Shown piece after piece: positions 59,682-64,000 of a DNA stretch of 64,000 nucleotides. The stretch's first letter is position 1, and each line of letters begins with the position of its first letter. The notes beneath the pieces are model-generated. The model saw only the letters and a list, made by a program, of their open reading frames with translations. It searched no databases and was not told the DNA's origin. The DNA is from Myxococcota bacterium (GTDB lineage: Bacteria; Myxococcota_A; UBA9160; SZUA-336): the NCBI GenBank assembly GCA_965247115.1, contig CBDFGR010000002.1, positions 1,856,001-1,920,000 of the forward strand, given 5' to 3'. The position numbers were made by a program, and so were the translations under genes.

Positions 59682-62411
59682 CTACCCGGTGTTGCGGAGG
59701 CCGGCGGCGATGCCGTTGATCGTGAGCTGGATGGCCTGGGTGAGCTCGTGGGGGTCGGGGGCGTTGCCCTGGCGCTTGCGCTGCAGGAGCTCGGTCTGGA
59801 TGTACCCGAGCACGTCGAGCCCGGGCCCGCGCAGCTCGAGGCTCTGCGCCAGCTCCTCGTCGTTTGCGAGCAGGCGCGGGCTGTCCACGATCTCGAGGAC
59901 GCCCTCCACGATCAGCTCGTACTCGTGCTCCAATCTCTGCAGAACCTGTGCGGCGATCGGAGTTCCGGCAAGCTCTGTGTAGATCGACGCGATGTGTAGA
60001 TCGGTCTTGGCCAGCACAAGCTGCAAGTTGTCGATCACGGTGCGGAAGAAGGGCCAGCGTTGGTACATGCGACGCAGGCGAGCGACCAGCTCTTCGCGCT
60101 CTCCAGCGTCGAGCAGTCCGGCCAGCGCCGTTCCCCCTCCATACCAGGCGGGCAACAGCACCCGCGCCTGATTCCAGGCGAAGGTCCACGAGATGGCGCG
60201 GAGATCCTCGACCCGGGTGGTGGCTGACCTGCGCGCGGGCCGCGATCCGATCTGGAGCTCAGAGATCTCCTCGAGGGGAGTCATCGCGTAGAGGGCCTCG
60301 GCAAAGCCGGGAGTCTCGTAGACGAGCTCCCTGTAGGCCCGTCGGGAGAGCTCCGCGAGCTCTGTCATGGTCTCCTGCCAAACTCCTGGGACCGCGCCCC
60401 GCCCCGGGAGTGCGTCGAGCGGAAGGGAGGCTTCCAGTGCGGCCGACAGCGACTGATCCAGATGGTGCACCGCCGATGGAATGGAGTCGTACTTGTGGCT
60501 GATGACCTCTCCTTGCTCCGTCAGCTTGATGCGGCCCATCACGCTGCCCGGAGGCTCCGCGAGAATGGCGCGATGTGTTGGCCCTCCTCCGCGTGCGATG
60601 GTCCCGCCACGACCATGGAAGAACTCGATGCGAATGCCGTATTCCCGTCCCTGCGCAGCCAGCTCGCGCTGGACGCGGTAGAGACCCCAGCACGCCGCCA
60701 TGTAGCCCCCGTCCTTCATCGAGTCTGAGTAACCCAGCATGATCTGCTGCCGAGAGCTCCGGGCCGCAAGCTGAGAGCGATAAGCCTCTGACTCGTACAG
60801 ACGTCGCATCGAGCCAGGGGCTGCATCAAGGGCGGCGATGGACTCGAACAGGGGCACGAGATCGACGCTGCTCTCGAGCGCTCCTTCGGGTCCGAGCCTC
60901 ACCAGCCCGGCATGGCGAGCCAGAAGCAGCAGCTCCAGGACGGGGATCTCGCTGCCAGCGTCGCTGATCACGAGGTCGCGCACGCAATCCGGTCCGAAGC
61001 GCTCCTGAGCAGCGAGAACACCGCGCAGGGTAGCCATGACTTCTTCGGCCTCTTCCGAATGAACAGGAGTGGGCAACAACGTGTCGCTCAGGATCAGCTC
61101 TTCCAGAAACGACTGCTGTCGATCGAGCGAAAGCGAGTCGATTGGCCCCTCGGCGGGCACGATCAGCTCCTCACGAGCCTCGCGATGCCGGCCCTGATGC
61201 TGACGCACGTCGAGCACGGCGAGCTGTAGCCCGAAGATGTCGACCATCCGGAGCCAGCGGGCCAGCCTTCCCGAGGCGAGGCGCTCGCCGCCGTGCTCCT
61301 TCAGACTCTGCACGATCAGCTCCAGCTCGTGACGGAGTGCGAAGGCACTCTCGAAGCCTCCGAGCGTTCCGGCGGCCCGTTCCTCTCGAACCTCGGCCTT
61401 GCTGTGCTCGAGGCGCAAGGCGATGCCATTCAGCTTGGTGCGATAGAGCTCCTCGGGGTTGTGCTGCCCCACGAGCGGTCGGAGGGCCGGGAGCGTCTTC
61501 AGGTCCCGCTCTATACTCGCGCGCAGTGCCGTGGACACTGCTGTGCGGCGTGCCGAGAGCGTCAGCTCTTGAATCAGCGGTGGAATCTCTGCGAGGTAGC
61601 GATCCAGCATGGCCGTCCGATACATCCCGAGCGCAGCCTCGGTGACGCCAGCGGTGACGAAGGGATTCCCATCACGATCTCCCCCGACCCAGCTCCCCAG
61701 CTCGAGTGGTCGGAGGTCCACCGGAGGCTCGCCGGAATAGGCCGCCGCGAAGGCGCGCGACAGGCGTTCGGGAAGAGCGACCATCGCCGGCACCAGAACG
61801 TGCTCCACCGTGTGCACGACGTGACGTACTTCGTCCAGTGGGGTCGGGGCACGATAGCGGAGGATCTCCGTCTGCCACAGCCCGGTGAGCTCTCTGAGCA
61901 GCTCGGGCTCGTTGTCGTCCGCCGCCACGCCGCCGTCGAGCAGCCTGTCGATCCGTTCGAGGCTCTCGTGAACGGACCAGCGCATGGCCTCCGTCGGGTG
62001 TGCGGTCAGCACCAGGGTCAGGCGCAGGTCCTCGAGCGCCGCCTCCACGATCGAGCGGGGCACTCCCCGGCGCCCCAATCGCTCGAACAGCGCCAGCAGT
62101 CCACCGCGTTCATCAGCGCTGTGGGCGCTGGCAAAGTAGCGCTGCTCACACAGGTTGAGCAGCCAGAACGAGAGTGTCAGCGCACGTCCCGTCTCCATCA
62201 GCTCCTCCACGGAGCTCGTGGCGAGAAGCCTGCGCAGCCTCGCCTGATCCTCTTCTCTGTAGGCTCCCCGAAGCGTTGCCGCGAGTCGGCGCAGCGCCCG
62301 GTAGCGTGCGAAGAACCCGGCGCCCCGTTGCTCGCGCAGCACCTGCTCGAGACAAGCCGACACGAGCTCTCGCTCCTGCTCGAACCTGCGGCTCTTTGCT
62401 GCGGTAGTCAC
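59682..62411 (-). CDS. ppc: Phosphoenolpyruvate carboxylase
   Basis: 'VLTAHPTE', 'GGDRDGNP', 'MLGYSDSMKDGG', 'FHGRGG', 'GIAAGLRNTG'. Confidence 0.97.
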   Translation of the reverse strand: MTTAAKSRRFEQERELVSACLEQVLREQRGAGFFARYRALRRLAATLRGAYREEDQARLRRLLATSSVEELMETGRALTLSFWLLNLCEQRYFASAHSADERGGLLALFERLGRRGVPRSIVEAALEDLRLTLVLTAHPTEAMRWSVHESLERIDRLLDGGVAADDNEPELLRELTGLWQTEILRYRAPTPLDEVRHVVHTVEHVLVPAMVALPERLSRAFAAAYSGEPPVDLRPLELGSWVGGDRDGNPFVTAGVTEAALGMYRTAMLDRYLAEIPPLIQELTLSARRTAVSTALRASIERDLKTLPALRPLVGQHNPEELYRTKLNGIALRLEHSKAEVREERAAGTLGGFESAFALRHELELIVQSLKEHGGERLASGRLARWLRMVDIFGLQLAVLDVRQHQGRHREAREELIVPAEGPIDSLSLDRQQSFLEELILSDTLLPTPVHSEEAEEVMATLRGVLAAQERFGPDCVRDLVISDAGSEIPVLELLLLARHAGLVRLGPEGALESSVDLVPLFESIAALDAAPGSMRRLYESEAYRSQLAARSSRQQIMLGYSDSMKDGGYMAACWGLYRVQRELAAQGREYGIRIEFFHGRGGTIARGGGPTHRAILAEPPGSVMGRIKLTEQGEVISHKYDSIPSAVHHLDQSLSAALEASLPLDALPGRGAVPGVWQETMTELAELSRRAYRELVYETPGFAEALYAMTPLEEISELQIGSRPARRSATTRVEDLRAISWTFAWNQARVLLPAWYGGGTALAGLLDAGEREELVARLRRMYQRWPFFRTVIDNLQLVLAKTDLHIASIYTELAGTPIAAQVLQRLEHEYELIVEGVLEIVDSPRLLANDEELAQSLELRGPGLDVLGYIQTELLQRKRQGNAPDPHELTQAIQLTINGIAAGLRNTG

Positions 62412-62432
62412 CCGGCGGCGGCGGTCGTCGCG

Positions 62433-63635
62433 CTAGGCAGCTGCGGCGCGCCGATGCTCAGCCTGGTGCGAAGCCAGATAGTCGAGGTCGAAGCCGTAGA
62501 GCCGCGCCGCGTTTCCGCACAGTACCTTGCGCGTGTCCCCGGGCGAGAGCCGCTTGCGAATCTGCGCCAGGCTGGCGTCGCTATTCGGCCAGGTGCCCTC
62601 ATCGTGCGGGTAGTCGTTTCCCCAGAGCAGGCAGTCCGCGCCTACGAACTCCAGATTGTTCAGCCCCACCGGATCGTCGCCGATCGTCACAGCGCCCTGC
62701 CGTCGGAAGTAGTCGCTGGCACGCATAGGCAGCTTGCGCATGCCGAGCGAGCGTCGCTGCTGCATCTGGTCCATCGCCTGCAGCGTCCAGGCCAGCCAGC
62801 CACAATCGGATTCAGTCACCACGAAGCGCAGCCCGGGGTGGCGTTCCAGCACGCCCGAGCCGGTGAGCTCCACGATCGGCGCCATTCCGGCGGCCATCCC
62901 CACCACCGTGCTCAGCTCCTCGAGTCGTTCCCCCTCCTCACGTACCGCTACTCTGGCACGCTCGTAGCGCTTGCTGTCGATCCGGGCGATGGCGCCGAAC
63001 TCTCCGCCCAGCGCGAGGTTTCCGCTGAAGATGTGGAAGCTGAGCGGGATGCCCGCTTCCTCTGCAAGACTCCAGAGCGGTTCGTAGACCCCGAGGCGAT
63101 AGGGTTGCCAGGGCATGACTGCTGGGATGAAGAGCGTGCAGAACCCGTTCTCGATGCAGCGTGTTGCCTCCGCGACCGCGACGTCGACGTCCTCTACGTG
63201 CAGCATTGCCGCGGGTCTGAACCGTTCGGGGTCGCTGCCGAACACGTCCCGTACATAGTCGTTGTGAGCGTAAGCCCAGGCTTCGTAGCAGGCCTGGGGT
63301 TCGTGCCCCAGGCCGCAACTGAGCCCGAGGTTCGGGAAGATCACCTGCGCGTCGACGTTCTCGCGCAGCATGTGCATGCGTCGCACGTCCAGGTCCGTTC
63401 CGAGGGAGGGATCACTCCGAAACTCCCGCTCCAGATCCGCGGGAGTCGCGTTGTGGGCCGCCTGGAGCACCGTGGTCTGTCCCTTGATCTCGACCGTGAG
63501 CTCTCCGTTCGGTCCAATGCCGAGGCGGGGCACGGACTCGCGGAACTCGGCCGGCATTCGCTCCCGCAACGCTTCGGTCTCACCCACGTGCGCATCGGCA
63601 GTGATGAGGATCTCTGAGATCTCCGGCTGGCTCAT
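62433..63635 (-). CDS. Amidohydrolase_2 family protein
   Basis: 'ADAHV', 'FHI', 'WGNDYPH', 'NAARLYGF'. Confidence 0.9.
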   Translation of the reverse strand: MSQPEISEILITADAHVGETEALRERMPAEFRESVPRLGIGPNGELTVEIKGQTTVLQAAHNATPADLEREFRSDPSLGTDLDVRRMHMLRENVDAQVIFPNLGLSCGLGHEPQACYEAWAYAHNDYVRDVFGSDPERFRPAAMLHVEDVDVAVAEATRCIENGFCTLFIPAVMPWQPYRLGVYEPLWSLAEEAGIPLSFHIFSGNLALGGEFGAIARIDSKRYERARVAVREEGERLEELSTVVGMAAGMAPIVELTGSGVLERHPGLRFVVTESDCGWLAWTLQAMDQMQQRRSLGMRKLPMRASDYFRRQGAVTIGDDPVGLNNLEFVGADCLLWGNDYPHDEGTWPNSDASLAQIRKRLSPGDTRKVLCGNAARLYGFDLDYLASHQAEHRRAAAA

Positions 63636-63710
63636 CGCACGCACCTCCCTTGCGCTGATTCTATCACCCGAATCTTACGGTCTAGCGGTTACTCTGGAGG
63701 TTCGTGGTGC

Positions 63711-64000
63711 TCAGGACACGAGGCGCCGCACGATCTCTTCCATTCGGTTCACAGCGAGCGAGAGATGTCCCTCAGCGGGGAAGAAGTGCGCCTTGCAATG
63801 AGGCAGCACGCTCGCCTGGTAGCGTCCCATCGAGGGCGCCACGTTCACGTCCAGCTCGCCCTGATAGAGGTCGATCTCCGCAAGAACATCCTCGAGGCTG
63901 AAGCCCCAGGCTTGCGCGTAGAGCTGTGCCTCCAGGCCTGCCCCGCGCGTACCCGGACGCAGGCTCTCCACGGTGCTGAGGACGAAGCTCTCGAGGGCTT
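63711..64000 (-). CDS. Alpha/beta hydrolase C-terminus (5'-truncated by window)
   Basis: 'WGF', 'YQGELDVNV', 'EGHLS'. Confidence 0.75.
   Translation of the reverse strand, partial: ALESFVLSTVESLRPGTRGAGLEAQLYAQAWGFSLEDVLAEIDLYQGELDVNVAPSMGRYQASVLPHCKAHFFPAEGHLSLAVNRMEEIVRRLVS

Noticed and set aside
61293..63617. 774-aa plus-strand ORF
   Set aside because: Antisense shadow of ppc and the amidohydrolase gene

Overview
High-GC bacterial chromosomal window. Gene content suggests a Myxococcota/deltaproteobacteria-like organism (inference only). It holds about 50 mostly metabolic genes: lipid/steroid-type catabolism (an ACAD pair, thiolase-like + DUF35, CoA transferases, BVMO, SnoaL), AddAB-type helicase-nuclease, ppc, two two-component systems, and a two-partner secretion locus whose ~2,350-aa passenger has 14 x 76-aa tandem repeats and a 1-bp frameshift. 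Signals the ORF track misses or does not explain: (1) a selenocysteine glutathione peroxidase with an in-frame UGA at the catalytic position and an fdhF-like SECIS hairpin; (2) a ZZ-zinc-finger/histone-fold fusion; (3) an HNH nuclease gene bracketed by two copies of the same palindrome, a candidate mobile unit; (4) a homologue-like ORF of the SaPI phage-packaging interference protein Ppi in a non-mobile context; (5) a PspA + membrane protein + vWA operon divergent from a two-component system; (6) a consensus sigma54 promoter driving a small acidic lipoprotein opposite its likely activator. A RAYT transposase, an IS481 remnant and several gene scars are also present. No rRNA, tRNA or CRISPR array was seen. 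All family assignments are from motif recognition; no database search was run, and start codons were often adjusted by eye.
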